From the NCBI GenBank assembly GCA_041665545.1, contig JBAYIQ010000004.1, positions 18,132 through 82,131 of the forward strand: DNA of 64,000 nt, in the 5' to 3' direction. The DNA is from Patescibacteria group bacterium (GTDB taxonomy: Bacteria > Patescibacteriota > Patescibacteriia > UBA1558 > GWA2-36-10). Below the pieces are notes generated by a model, which saw nothing but the letters and a program-made list of their open reading frames with translations, ran no database searches and was not told the origin of the DNA. The position numbers and the translations under genes were made by a program. Positions within the stretch are counted from its first letter, which is position 1. Every line of letters begins with the position of its first letter. Of this stretch, positions 53,404 through 62,751 are shown in pieces.

Positions 53404-54523
53404 CGTGGTTTAATTTAAAACCACCACCATCAATCAGGCGCCTGGCTTCACCTTTTGAATTTACTAATTTCATTTGTAATAGCAAATCAATAGGATTTAT
53501 TTTATTTTTGCCAATAATAAATTCAGGCATTTCGTCAGGATTGGCTTTTTTAGCAAAAATGTTGGTGAATTCTTGGCCAGCTTTTGTAGCCACATTTTCA
53601 CCAAAATAAATTTTTACAACTTCATTGGCTAGCTGGAATTTTATGTCGCGGGGATTTTTGCCAGCCCGCAAATCTTTAGCAAGCTGTTTTATTTCATTCA
53701 GCGGCACTCTAGTACAGAGCTCAAAGCCGGAAATAATCATACCGTCAGTCCAAGACATAATTTTGCCAAACATATCTTGAGCTGTATCTGATAGGGCGAC
53801 CATGTTGCCCTCGGATTTACCCATTTTTTTGCCACTGGTGTCAGTCAGTAGGCGCATGGTAATGACAAACTTTTCCTTGTGTTTCAGTTCTTTCATAAGA
53901 TCGCGGCCAGCCAACATATTGAAAGTCTGGTCATTGCCACCTATTTCGCCATCAACATCCATAGCCACGCAGTCATAGGCCTGCAGGACTGGATACATGA
54001 ATTCGTGTAAGTAGATCGGCTTAGCTGATTTGATGCGCTCTTGGAACATATCTCGCTCTAGCAAGCGCTGGACAGTAAAGTGTTTGGCCAAATCCATGAC
54101 TTGATTAAAATTCATTTTGCTCTGCCACTGGCTATTGAATTTTATTTCCGCCTTATTACTGCCCGAAAAGTTTATTAGTTTGCTAGCTTGATTTTTGTAG
54201 CTTTTGGCATTTGTCAAAACCTGCTCCCTAGTCAAGGCTTGGCGGGCGGCTGTTTTATCTGTCGGGTCACCAACCATGCCAGTAAAATCGCCAATCAATA
54301 ATATTATTTTATGACCCAATTCTTGGAATTGTCGGAGCTTCTCTATGGTTATGGCATGACCCAAATGCAGTGTCGGGCCAGTAGGATCAACACCCAAATA
54401 CAAGGTTAGCTGTTTGCCAGAGGACAACTGTTTTTTTAGGTATTCCTTATTAGGGTAGACATTTTCCATACCCCTTTCCAATAGTTCTTGAATTTTTGCT
54501 TGATCCGTGCTAATTTTAGCCAT
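53315..54523 (-). CDS. tyrS: Tyrosine--tRNA ligase
   Basis: Class I motifs HLGH (HIGH) and KMGKSEGN (KMSKS), and a C-terminal S4-like domain. Confidence 0.9.
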   Translation of the reverse strand: MAKISTDQAKIQELLERGMENVYPNKEYLKKQLSSGKQLTLYLGVDPTGPTLHLGHAITIEKLRQFQELGHKIILLIGDFTGMVGDPTDKTAARQALTREQVLTNAKSYKNQASKLINFSGSNKAEIKFNSQWQSKMNFNQVMDLAKHFTVQRLLERDMFQERIKSAKPIYLHEFMYPVLQAYDCVAMDVDGEIGGNDQTFNMLAGRDLMKELKHKEKFVITMRLLTDTSGKKMGKSEGNMVALSDTAQDMFGKIMSWTDGMIISGFELCTRVPLNEIKQLAKDLRAGKNPRDIKFQLANEVVKIYFGENVATKAGQEFTNIFAKKANPDEMPEFIIGKNKINPIDLLLQMKLVNSKGEARRLIDGGGFKLNHEKISAWDKDIIIKSGDVVQAGKRKFGKVK

Positions 54524-54680
54524 AGTTTCGATTTTTCTTAATTTCAGCCCGTGGAATAATCCCGCCTAAGCGGGATTAGTGCCACGTTATGATTATTAAT
54601 TATATTTTATTTTACATTACTATAAAACCCAAATTTAGCAAAATAGTGTTCAGTGGCACTATTCCACGGGCTAAAGTATA

Positions 54681-54714
54681 TTCAAATTATAGCTTATTTT
54701 TGCTATAATTCAAA
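54681..54714. promoter_or_regulatory. Overlapping divergent promoters for tyrS (-) and the PBP gene (+)
   Basis: Plus strand reads TTCAAA-17-TATAAT (54681-54709), with a about 13 nt leader to the ATG at 54729. Minus strand reads TTGAAT-16-TATAAT (54687-54714). Confidence 0.4.
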
Positions 54715-54728
54715 TACTAATTACAAAT

Positions 54729-57611
54729 ATGCCTATCCCCCAATTAGAACCAACTTTTCAACATAAAAAAATAGACCAAAAGCCAAGTTTTTTTTCCAAA
54801 GGACTGGTCGGCTCTGGTCACAGACAATCCAAGGCCCCGAAGAAGGGATTTTTTGGAAGATGGTTTAAAAAATATTGGCTACATATTGTTGCCCTGATTT
54901 TGTTACTGGGCATTGCTTTTATTGCTCTGGTGGCCTGGTATTCCAAGGACTTGCCAGATGTCAACAAATTGATTGACCGTAGCTCACCTTTGAGCACCAA
55001 GATTTATGACAGCAAGGGCGAGACACTGCTTTATGAAGTGCATGGACCAGAGCAAAGAACTTTGGTGACTATTAGCGAGTTGCCCGACTATATCAAACAA
55101 GCCACCATTGCTATTGAAGATAAAGATTTTTATAACCATAGCGGAATTTCTATCAAGGGGATTATTCGCGGGCAGATTGTACCCCGCTTAAGCGGACAAA
55201 GAGCGCAGGGTGGCTCGACCTTGACTCAGCAATTTGTAAAAAATGCTATTTTGACTAATGAGCGTCGCGTGTCCAGAAAAATAAAAGAATGGGTTTTGTC
55301 TTATCGCATTGAACAAAAATTTACCAAAGATGAAATCCTACAAATGTATTTGAATGAAATTCCTTATGGCGGATCAGCTTATGGCATTGAGTCTGCGGCG
55401 CATTATTATTTTGACAAGTCAGCCAAAGATTTGACCCTAGGCGAAGCCGCAGTGTTGGCTGCTCTACCGCAGTCACCAACATATTTGTCGCCATTTGGCA
55501 ACAACAAAGATAAATTAATTACTCGTCAGCACACAGTTTTGAATTTGATGGTTGATCAAGGATATATTACTAAAGAAAAAGCCGAAGAAGCCAAACAGCA
55601 AGAATTAAAATTTAAAAAAAGAGCGGAGAATATGCGCGCCCCGCATTTTGTCACCTATGTCAAACAGCAGTTAGAGGAAGAATATGGTACTACCATGGTT
55701 GAACAAAGCGGTTGGAAAATAACCACTTCGCTAGATTGGGAAATGCAACAAGCTGCCGAACGAGCTGTGGCTGAAGTGGCGCCAAAGAATAAAGAAAAAT
55801 ACGACGCTGATAATGCCGCTCTAGTGGCTATTGATGTGGCTACTGGTGATATCAAGGCCATGGTGGGCTCCAAAGACTTTTTTGATGATACGATTGATGG
55901 ACAGGTCAATGTGGCCATAGCCGATAGACAGCCCGGTAGCTCCATCAAACCAATTGTCTATTTAACAGCTTTTATCAAGGGTTATAGACCTGACACTATT
56001 CTTTTTGACTTGGCTACCAAGTTTGGCATCAAGGCCGATGGCACACCCTACAAGCCACTGGACTACGACGGCAAAGAAAGAGGCCCAGTTTCTATTAGGC
56101 AGGCCTTAGCCGGCTCATTGAATATTCCAGCAGTTAAAGTACTGTATCTAGCTGGAGTAAAAAGTGTCACTGATTTGGCTACTCAACTCGGCTATACTAC
56201 CCTGACCAATCCAGATCGTTATGGCTTGTCACTAGTCTTGGGAGGAGCAGAAGTGAAATTATTGGAGCACGTCAATGCTTATGCGGCTATTGCCAGAGAA
56301 GGAGTAGCTCAAGATTATCGCTCGGTATTGAAGATAGAAGACTCTAAGGGTGAGATAGTCAAAGAAAATAAAGAAAACAAAGGACGCCGAGTAGTTGATA
56401 AAAAATATACTAGAATTTTGTCTGATGTTATGTCAGACAATTCAGCTCGCGCCTTTATTTTTGGGGAAGCAAACTTTTTAACCTTGCCAGATAGACCAGT
56501 GGCGGCCAAGACTGGTACTACCAATGATTACCATGATGCTTGGACAGTGGGCTTTACGCCTGATATTGCGGCTGGCGTCTGGGTGGGCAACAGTAATAAT
56601 CGAGCTATGAAGCCAGGGGCTGATGGTTCGATTGTGGCGGCGCCAATTTGGAACAAATTTATGCGCGAGGTGACAGCCAAAATGCCGGTCAAGGGTTTTG
56701 AAAAAGAAGTTTTGGAGCCCTGTGACAAAACTATGCTTTGCGGTCAGCTAGCCAAAGAACAAATTGTAAAAATTGATAAAGTCACTGGCAAACTAGCTAC
56801 GGCCTATACGCCCTATGACCAAATTGAAGAAAAAAAATATTTGGAAGTGCATGAAATTTTACAATATGTAAATATCAACGATCCGTTTGGTCCACCACTT
56901 GATAATCCTAGCAACGATCCACAGTATATGGCTTGGGAAGAGCCAATCAAAAAATGGGCCACCGATAATGGGTACAATACTGATCCCGTGCCAACAGAAT
57001 TTGATGATACTCATAAGCCAGAGAATCAGCCGAGCATCAGCATCCTGTCCCCCAGCGAAAACCAAACCATCAATTCCACTAGTGTTAATATTTCCGTGCA
57101 AGTTAGCGCTCCACTTGGCGTAACAAAAGTAGAATACTTTTTGGACAATGATAAAGTTGGCGAAAGCATTAGCGCGCCGTTTGGTTTGAATTACAGTATC
57201 AATCCATTTGTCAGCAATGGCTCGCATCGTTTGCGGGCAATTGCTTCAGATGATATTGGTGATTACAAAGAAGTTAGTATCAATATCAATATCCAACTTG
57301 ACCCGTCATTAAGACAATTTAATTTGCAATGGGTTGATCCGCAAAATAATGCCAACATCTCTGCTACCAGTCTACCCTACAATCTGCGAGTCAGTTTAGA
57401 CAAGCCACAAAATATAAAAAAAATAGATTTTTATTATAAAGATCAGAGTAATAATTCTCAGTGGTTTGCTTATATTGAAAATCCAAGCAATTCACCGAGC
57501 ACGCTCTGGGGCAAGGGCTTGTTGCCTGGCACTTACCGGCTTTATATGGTGGTTCAGGATCAGGGTAATAGTTTAATGACTACACCGGAAATAAGCGTCA
57601 ATATACAATAA
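54729..57611 (+). CDS. Class A penicillin-binding protein (glycosyltransferase GT51 + transpeptidase) with a about 300 aa C-terminal extension
   Basis: N-terminal TM. GT51 motifs (EDKDFYNHSGISIKGI, QGGSTLTQQFVKN, RKIKEWVLSYRIE). Transpeptidase motifs SSIKP and KTGTT. The C-terminal about 300 residues are Ser/Asn-rich and Ig-like. Confidence 0.85.
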   Translation: MPIPQLEPTFQHKKIDQKPSFFSKGLVGSGHRQSKAPKKGFFGRWFKKYWLHIVALILLLGIAFIALVAWYSKDLPDVNKLIDRSSPLSTKIYDSKGETLLYEVHGPEQRTLVTISELPDYIKQATIAIEDKDFYNHSGISIKGIIRGQIVPRLSGQRAQGGSTLTQQFVKNAILTNERRVSRKIKEWVLSYRIEQKFTKDEILQMYLNEIPYGGSAYGIESAAHYYFDKSAKDLTLGEAAVLAALPQSPTYLSPFGNNKDKLITRQHTVLNLMVDQGYITKEKAEEAKQQELKFKKRAENMRAPHFVTYVKQQLEEEYGTTMVEQSGWKITTSLDWEMQQAAERAVAEVAPKNKEKYDADNAALVAIDVATGDIKAMVGSKDFFDDTIDGQVNVAIADRQPGSSIKPIVYLTAFIKGYRPDTILFDLATKFGIKADGTPYKPLDYDGKERGPVSIRQALAGSLNIPAVKVLYLAGVKSVTDLATQLGYTTLTNPDRYGLSLVLGGAEVKLLEHVNAYAAIAREGVAQDYRSVLKIEDSKGEIVKENKENKGRRVVDKKYTRILSDVMSDNSARAFIFGEANFLTLPDRPVAAKTGTTNDYHDAWTVGFTPDIAAGVWVGNSNNRAMKPGADGSIVAAPIWNKFMREVTAKMPVKGFEKEVLEPCDKTMLCGQLAKEQIVKIDKVTGKLATAYTPYDQIEEKKYLEVHEILQYVNINDPFGPPLDNPSNDPQYMAWEEPIKKWATDNGYNTDPVPTEFDDTHKPENQPSISILSPSENQTINSTSVNISVQVSAPLGVTKVEYFLDNDKVGESISAPFGLNYSINPFVSNGSHRLRAIASDDIGDYKEVSININIQLDPSLRQFNLQWVDPQNNANISATSLPYNLRVSLDKPQNIKKIDFYYKDQSNNSQWFAYIENPSNSPSTLWGKGLLPGTYRLYMVVQDQGNSLMTTPEISVNIQ

Positions 57612-57646
57612 TAAAAAACCCGCGTAAAAAGCGGGTTTTTTGACAA
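57612..57646 (+). terminator. Rho-independent terminator after the PBP gene
   Basis: AAAAAACCCGCGTAAAAAGCGGGTTTTTTG. Confidence 0.8.
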
Positions 57647-57738
57647 ATTTAATTTATAGATTTAAGATACTTTCGGTGTCTTGACGACTGGTTCTAGCGT
57701 CTTGACCGTTTGACCACCCATAACGCGGGAGAATAGAC

Positions 57739-58235
57739 ATGTTGGATTTGACTCGGCCCCGCACTTCGGATGAGGTCTATGTTTCTGGCGCATTGACCAA
57801 TGCCAAGTTGAAAGGAGGAGTCGATCCCAGGGAGCTTTATAAGCTGATCGGCGATCTCTGTCGGCGTAAGGGTCTCAATCCCTACGTACCGCATTTGCAC
57901 ACCGATCCGGTCTTGCACAAGGACATTCATCCCACGTACGTCTACGAAATGGACCATCAGAAGGTGCTGGATGCCTGCCTGCTCATTGCCTATGTGGGCC
58001 AGGCCAGTGGTGTGTTGGTATGGAGATGGAGATGGCCAGAGCCAATTTCACCCCGATCATCGTGCTGTACGAGGCCGATGTTCCGGTCACCAACATCTCA
58101 CGCATGTATCGGGGAAATCGGGCTGTGAAGGCAGTGGTCCGCTTCATGGACATGGATGACGCTTTGGCTAAGCTGGAGCTGGCCATTGAAGTGGTGCTGG
58201 CAAGGTGGGTTCGGTCTCAACCGCTGATCTTCTAG
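57739..58235 (+). pseudogene. High-GC nucleoside 2-deoxyribosyltransferase-family gene, interrupted by a -1 frameshift
   Basis: Two overlapping ORFs in different frames (57739..58128 and 58020..58235) together reconstitute an NDT-like protein. The N-terminus is VYVSGALTN, the catalytic region is ...YVGQASGV(L)GMEMEMARANFTPIIVLYEAD (compare GLGMELGYA...VLLVIPDED), and the frames join at GGTGTGTTGGTATGGAGATGG. GC is about 55-60%. Confidence 0.55.
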
Positions 58236-58282
58236 CGTTTTCTCGAACAAGTTCTTAACCACAGGACACAGTCCTGACCACA

Positions 58283-58322
58283 AGGAGCTCGTCCGCACGG
58301 GCTCCTTTGATTTTGTTTAACA
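58283..58322 (+). terminator. Rho-independent terminator after the NDT-like cassette
   Basis: GGAGCTCGTCCGCACGGGCTCC hairpin followed by TTTGATTTTGTTT. Confidence 0.55.
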
Positions 58323-58361
58323 CTTGCCACATAGCCCAAAAAACACTATTATATCTTAGAT

Positions 58362-60326
58362 ATGGACTTCAAATTGGTTTCACAATTTAAGCCAGCCGGC
58401 CACCAAGCTCCAGCTATCAAAAAGTTGATGCAAGGACTAAAAGCTGGCTATCAGGATCAAACATTGCTGGGAGTCACGGGCTCAGGCAAGACTTTTACTA
58501 TTGCCAATGTGGTAGCGCAAATCAACAAGCCGACTTTAGTAATTTCTCACAACAAGACTTTGGCCGCCCAGCTGGCTTCTGAGTTTCAGGATTTTTTTCC
58601 GGAGAACGCCGTTCATTATTTTGTTTCCTATTATGATTATTATCAACCCGAGGCCTACATACCATCTTCAGATACATATATAGAGAAAGAAACGCAAATC
58701 AATGAAGAAATTGATCGTCTGCGTCATGTCAGTACCCAGAGTTTGTTGACTAGACGCGATGTTTTGATTGTGGCTTCGGTTTCTTGTATTTATAATTTAG
58801 GCAATCCAGCCGAGTATCAGAATTTTAGGATAAATTTGAAAGTCGGTGAGAGCTACAATAGATTTAAGTTGCTCAAGAATTTGAATAATTTACAATATCA
58901 CCGCAATGATTTAGTTTTGACGCGTTCCAATTATACAGTCAAAGGTGAGATCATTGATATTTTTGCTTCCGGTCAAGAAAAAGAATTCTATCGACTAACT
59001 TTTTTTGCTGATGTCTTAGAAAGCATAGAAACAATCAATTTGTTGGGTCACAAAGTAATAGACAAGCCCCAAGAAATATTTATTTTTCCAGCCAAGCATT
59101 TTATGGTCAGTCCGGAAAATATAAAAGACATTGTAGCGGAGATAAGATATGATTTAGATTTGGAATTAGCCGAATTTCAAAAGCAGGGCAAAATTTTGGA
59201 AGCCGAAAGATTGAAAACCAGAGTCAACAATGATTTGGAAATGATTTTGGAAACTGGTTTTTGCAATGGCATTGAAAACTACTCTCGTTATTTTGATGGT
59301 CGGCAAAAAAATGATTCACCCAATAGTTTGATGGATTATTTTCCCGATGATTTTCTATTGATTGTTGATGAATCGCATATGACCTTGCCCCAAATTGGTG
59401 GCATGTATTTGGGAGATAGAGCCCGCAAGAAAAATTTGATTGACTTTGGCTTTCGTCTGCAAGCGGCTTATGACAATCGTCCTTTGAATTTTGAAGAATT
59501 TAATCAACAGTACAAGCAAGCCATATATATTTCCGCTACACCAGCCGAGTATGAATTAAATAAATCGCAAAGTATTGCCGAGCAATTAGTGCGACCGACT
59601 TTTATTTTGGATCCGACTATCGAAATTCGTCCCAGCAAAGATCAGCTGGATGATTTGATTAAAGAAATTAAAACCAGAGTGGCCAAAAAAGAAAGAGTTT
59701 TAGTAGCCACTATCACCAAGAGATTGTCAGAAGATTTGACTGAGATATTGTTGGAAAAAAACATTAAAGTTCAGTATTTGCATTCCGAGGTAAAGACCCT
59801 AGACCGCATTCAGATTTTACATGATTTACGCAGTGGCAAATATGATGTTTTGGTGGGTGTCAATTTATTGCGCGAGGGCTTGGATTTGCCTGAGGTTTCA
59901 CTGGTGGCTATTTTGGATGCGGATAAAGAGGGCTTTTTACGCTCGCGGATGTCATTGATACAGGTAATGGGTCGCGCCGCTAGACACAAAGATGGGCGAG
60001 TGATTATGTATGCTGATAACATTACTGGCTCCATGCAAGCAGCTATTGATGAGACTAATCGCCGAAGAAAAGTGCAGGAGCAATACAATAAAGATAATAA
60101 AGTAGAGCCACAGTCTATCTCCAAGTTGCTTAAGGAAGTTGGCTTGAAAGAACTAGATACCAAAACCAGTTTTGCGGAAAGCATCAAACTGATGTCCAAA
60201 CAGGAAAAACAAGCTCTGTTAGAAACTTTGCGTCAGGAAATGGAGTTGTCAGCCGACAATTGGGACTTTGAAAAAGCTATAATTTTGAGAGACCAGATAG
60301 ACATACTGGCCAATAATAAAAAATAA
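58362..60326 (+). CDS. uvrB: Excinuclease ABC subunit B
   Basis: Walker A GVTGSGKTFT, helicase motifs, and the C-terminal UvrB-UvrC interaction domain. Confidence 0.95.
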   Translation: MDFKLVSQFKPAGHQAPAIKKLMQGLKAGYQDQTLLGVTGSGKTFTIANVVAQINKPTLVISHNKTLAAQLASEFQDFFPENAVHYFVSYYDYYQPEAYIPSSDTYIEKETQINEEIDRLRHVSTQSLLTRRDVLIVASVSCIYNLGNPAEYQNFRINLKVGESYNRFKLLKNLNNLQYHRNDLVLTRSNYTVKGEIIDIFASGQEKEFYRLTFFADVLESIETINLLGHKVIDKPQEIFIFPAKHFMVSPENIKDIVAEIRYDLDLELAEFQKQGKILEAERLKTRVNNDLEMILETGFCNGIENYSRYFDGRQKNDSPNSLMDYFPDDFLLIVDESHMTLPQIGGMYLGDRARKKNLIDFGFRLQAAYDNRPLNFEEFNQQYKQAIYISATPAEYELNKSQSIAEQLVRPTFILDPTIEIRPSKDQLDDLIKEIKTRVAKKERVLVATITKRLSEDLTEILLEKNIKVQYLHSEVKTLDRIQILHDLRSGKYDVLVGVNLLREGLDLPEVSLVAILDADKEGFLRSRMSLIQVMGRAARHKDGRVIMYADNITGSMQAAIDETNRRRKVQEQYNKDNKVEPQSISKLLKEVGLKELDTKTSFAESIKLMSKQEKQALLETLRQEMELSADNWDFEKAIILRDQIDILANNKK

Positions 60327-61084
60327 TGTTAGCCCAAAAGACCAACCAGAAAAAAATTGAGGCAATATTGACTGACGAAAAGGCCGGCCTATATTTAGTC
60401 GATAAACCAAAAAGTTTGCAATCTTTTAGTATTGTGTCTAAAGTCAGAAAAATATTAAATACCAGTCAGGTGGGATTTTCTGGCACCTTAGATCCCTTGG
60501 CTTCTGGCTTGATGATAGTGGCTAGCGGACAAGCTACTAAGCTGTTGGATTTGTTCCACATTTTACCCAAAGAATACGAGGCCGATATTATTTTTGGTAA
60601 AAGTAGTCCTTCTTTTGATTTGGAGCTGGCTACTACCACAAATGAATCAGCCGAAAAATTCAATCAGGCACAACTCAAAGAATCAATAACAAAATTTACA
60701 GGTGAACAATGGCAACAAGTGCCAATATACTCGGCCATAAAAGTAGCTGGCCAAAAATTGCACGAGTCAGCACGACGTGGTAAAAAAGTCGTGGCGCCAA
60801 AAAAGAAAATAAATATTTACAAGATTGATATTTTACAGTTTGATTATCCCAAGGCCAAAATTTTAGTAACTTGTTCAGCTGGCACTTATATCAGAAGTTT
60901 GGTCAATGATTTGGGTCAGGATTTAAAAACCGGAGCGGTTTTGAGTGATCTGCGGCGTACAGCCATCGGCGATTTATCAATAAAAAAAGCCGCCAAATTT
61001 GACGACTTGGATAAAGATAAGCTACTCGGTAGTAGAGTGCCCGAAGAAAAGATTAGAGACTATCTAAGTGAATATTTTGTTTAG
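60326..61084 (+). CDS. truB: tRNA pseudouridine(55) synthase
   Basis: Catalytic motif GFSGTLDPLASGLMIVASGQATKL (TruB Asp). The start overlaps the uvrB stop. Confidence 0.85.
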   Translation: MLAQKTNQKKIEAILTDEKAGLYLVDKPKSLQSFSIVSKVRKILNTSQVGFSGTLDPLASGLMIVASGQATKLLDLFHILPKEYEADIIFGKSSPSFDLELATTTNESAEKFNQAQLKESITKFTGEQWQQVPIYSAIKVAGQKLHESARRGKKVVAPKKKINIYKIDILQFDYPKAKILVTCSAGTYIRSLVNDLGQDLKTGAVLSDLRRTAIGDLSIKKAAKFDDLDKDKLLGSRVPEEKIRDYLSEYFV

Positions 61085-61322
61085 TGACATCGTGGATATG
61101 CTGTTGAATTTGGTGGTGTTCGAAGTGGGGCTTTATGGTGCGAGCAAAATCATGAAGTGACATAGTAACCTTGCCTATGTGATCATTGCCAATTTTGGCT
61201 CTCAAATTGTGTATGGCACTAACGCCATCATCTGAATTATAAAGCATTTTTACGACTTTTTCTTGTTGATCTGGGCTTATTTCTTGGGTCGACATAGTAT
61301 TTTGGCCCGTAAAATCCCGCAA
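61053..61322 (-). CDS. Possible small His-rich hypothetical protein, convergent with and overlapping the truB 3' end
   Basis: An 89 aa ORF with no recognisable motifs. The C-terminal part is His-rich (HFEHHQIQQHIHD). It may be spurious. Confidence 0.2.
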   Translation of the reverse strand: MRDFTGQNTMSTQEISPDQQEKVVKMLYNSDDGVSAIHNLRAKIGNDHIGKVTMSLHDFARTIKPHFEHHQIQQHIHDVTKQNIHLDSL

Positions 61323-61478
61323 TGGATTTTTTCGGGCAAATTAATGATTAAATATTTAGATAATTGTTTATTTTTGTAAAATCTTATTTTCAGGCGGGTA
61401 TTACTGGGCTTGACTAAATTAATTAATTATGTTAATCTCTGGAGAGTCTTATTAATATTATAAGTTAAAAATCGAATT

Positions 61479-61751
61479 ATGCCAAATAAACAAGCTTCTA
61501 TCAAACACCTCAGACAGACTGTGAAACGCACCAAGAGCAATAACTTGGTTAAGCGTAATATTAAACAATTGATAAAATCTGGCCACAAAGCAATTATTGA
61601 GGGCTCAATCAAGGATCAGCATCAAGAAATGGCCAAAAAGCTCCAGAAAGCCGTTGATAAGGCCGTTAAAGCTGGTATTATTAAGAAAAATACCGGCAAT
61701 AGAAAGAAGGCCAGATTTATGAATAGTTTAAATAAAACGGTGGTTAAATAA
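61479..61751 (+). CDS. rpsT: 30S ribosomal protein S20
   Basis: MPNKQASIKHLRQTVKRTKSNNLVKRNIKQLIK... is the typical S20 basic N-terminus. The size is 90 aa. Confidence 0.8.
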   Translation: MPNKQASIKHLRQTVKRTKSNNLVKRNIKQLIKSGHKAIIEGSIKDQHQEMAKKLQKAVDKAVKAGIIKKNTGNRKKARFMNSLNKTVVK

Positions 61752-61769
61752 TAAATTTTTCTAAATAAA

Positions 61770-61803
61770 AATACCCCTTGAATAGTAGGGGGTATTTTTT
61801 TAT
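61770..61803. terminator. Bidirectional rho-independent terminator (rpsT + / holA -)
   Basis: AAAATACCCCTTGAATAGTAGGGGGTATTTTTTTA. Confidence 0.75.
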
Positions 61804-62750
61804 AAATTATTAATCAACTTAGTAAATAGTAGAGAATCGTTGACAGCTGATGATTTTAGTTGCTGATCAAGCTCTAATAATTCCGAATAGATTTTTTTTA
61901 GTTTATCCATGGTATAGAGCTGACTTTGCCGAAAGGCCTTGTCAGCTAGCCAAGGTGGTAATTTCAAGGCCTGGGCTATGGCGCCTGGGTAGCTGGCTTG
62001 TTTGGACAGAGCCTTGACTTTTATAAGCAGTCGATATTGCCTGACCACCATGCTCAAAAGATATTGAGCATTTGTGCCACTGTTAAATTTTTCATCCAAA
62101 AGTTTCAAAGCCAAAGCTTTGTTTTGTTGGCCCAAGGCCTCGACTAAATTAAATATATTATCATCGATTTTGGATACCACAATATTTTTAATATCTTCCA
62201 CGGTAATCTTTTCTTCAGCTAGATGCACCAACTTATCTAGTTCTTGGCTTAATGACCACATATCATTGCCAACATAAGCAATAAGCACATTGGCCGTTTC
62301 ATTATCAAGAGTTCTTTTTTTTAGTTGAGCTTGTTTTTTTAGCCAAGTGATTAGTTCGGCACTGGAAAAATTTTTGAACTCTTCTACAAAGCGAAATTTT
62401 TTTAAAGCTTTGTAGAGCTTAGTGCGTACATCGGGCTTGTCAGTCTGCCAAAAAATAATATAATTTTCATCAGCCGTATCTTTTTGTTGGCTCAAAAAAT
62501 TAAGCAAAGAATCTTGCCAAGCGCTGAGCTTTTTGTTATTAAAAATATTTTTGACAATGATTAGTTTTTTGCTAGCTAAAAATCCATTAGCCGAAGCGGC
62601 TTCAAAAAAATTAGCGGCGCTTATTTCTTCGCCGTCCATATTCAAAATATTGTGACCTTGGGGGTCAACATCTGTTTGGAATTTTTTTTTGATGGCTCGG
62701 ATTTTTTGTCGAGCCAGCCAAGAATTTTCGCCGTAGTAGAAAAAAATCAT
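61800..62750 (-). CDS. holA: DNA polymerase III delta subunit
   Basis: N-terminal MIFFYYGENSWLARQKIRAIKKKF with the HolA-like domain organisation; 316 aa. Confidence 0.65.
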   Translation of the reverse strand: MIFFYYGENSWLARQKIRAIKKKFQTDVDPQGHNILNMDGEEISAANFFEAASANGFLASKKLIIVKNIFNNKKLSAWQDSLLNFLSQQKDTADENYIIFWQTDKPDVRTKLYKALKKFRFVEEFKNFSSAELITWLKKQAQLKKRTLDNETANVLIAYVGNDMWSLSQELDKLVHLAEEKITVEDIKNIVVSKIDDNIFNLVEALGQQNKALALKLLDEKFNSGTNAQYLLSMVVRQYRLLIKVKALSKQASYPGAIAQALKLPPWLADKAFRQSQLYTMDKLKKIYSELLELDQQLKSSAVNDSLLFTKLINNL

Positions 62751-62751
62751 A

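Noticed and set aside
54524-54728. Canonical T-box riboswitch upstream of tyrS
   Set aside because: The conserved T-box sequence (AGGGUGGNACCGCG) and the terminator/antiterminator arrangement were not found. Only generic inverted repeats are present.
58010-58030. Programmed -1 ribosomal frameshift in the NDT-like gene
   Set aside because: There is no X-XXY-YYZ slippery heptamer or downstream pseudoknot. The shift maps to a simple G-run/GAGATGG repeat, which is more consistent with a 1 bp deletion or a sequencing error.
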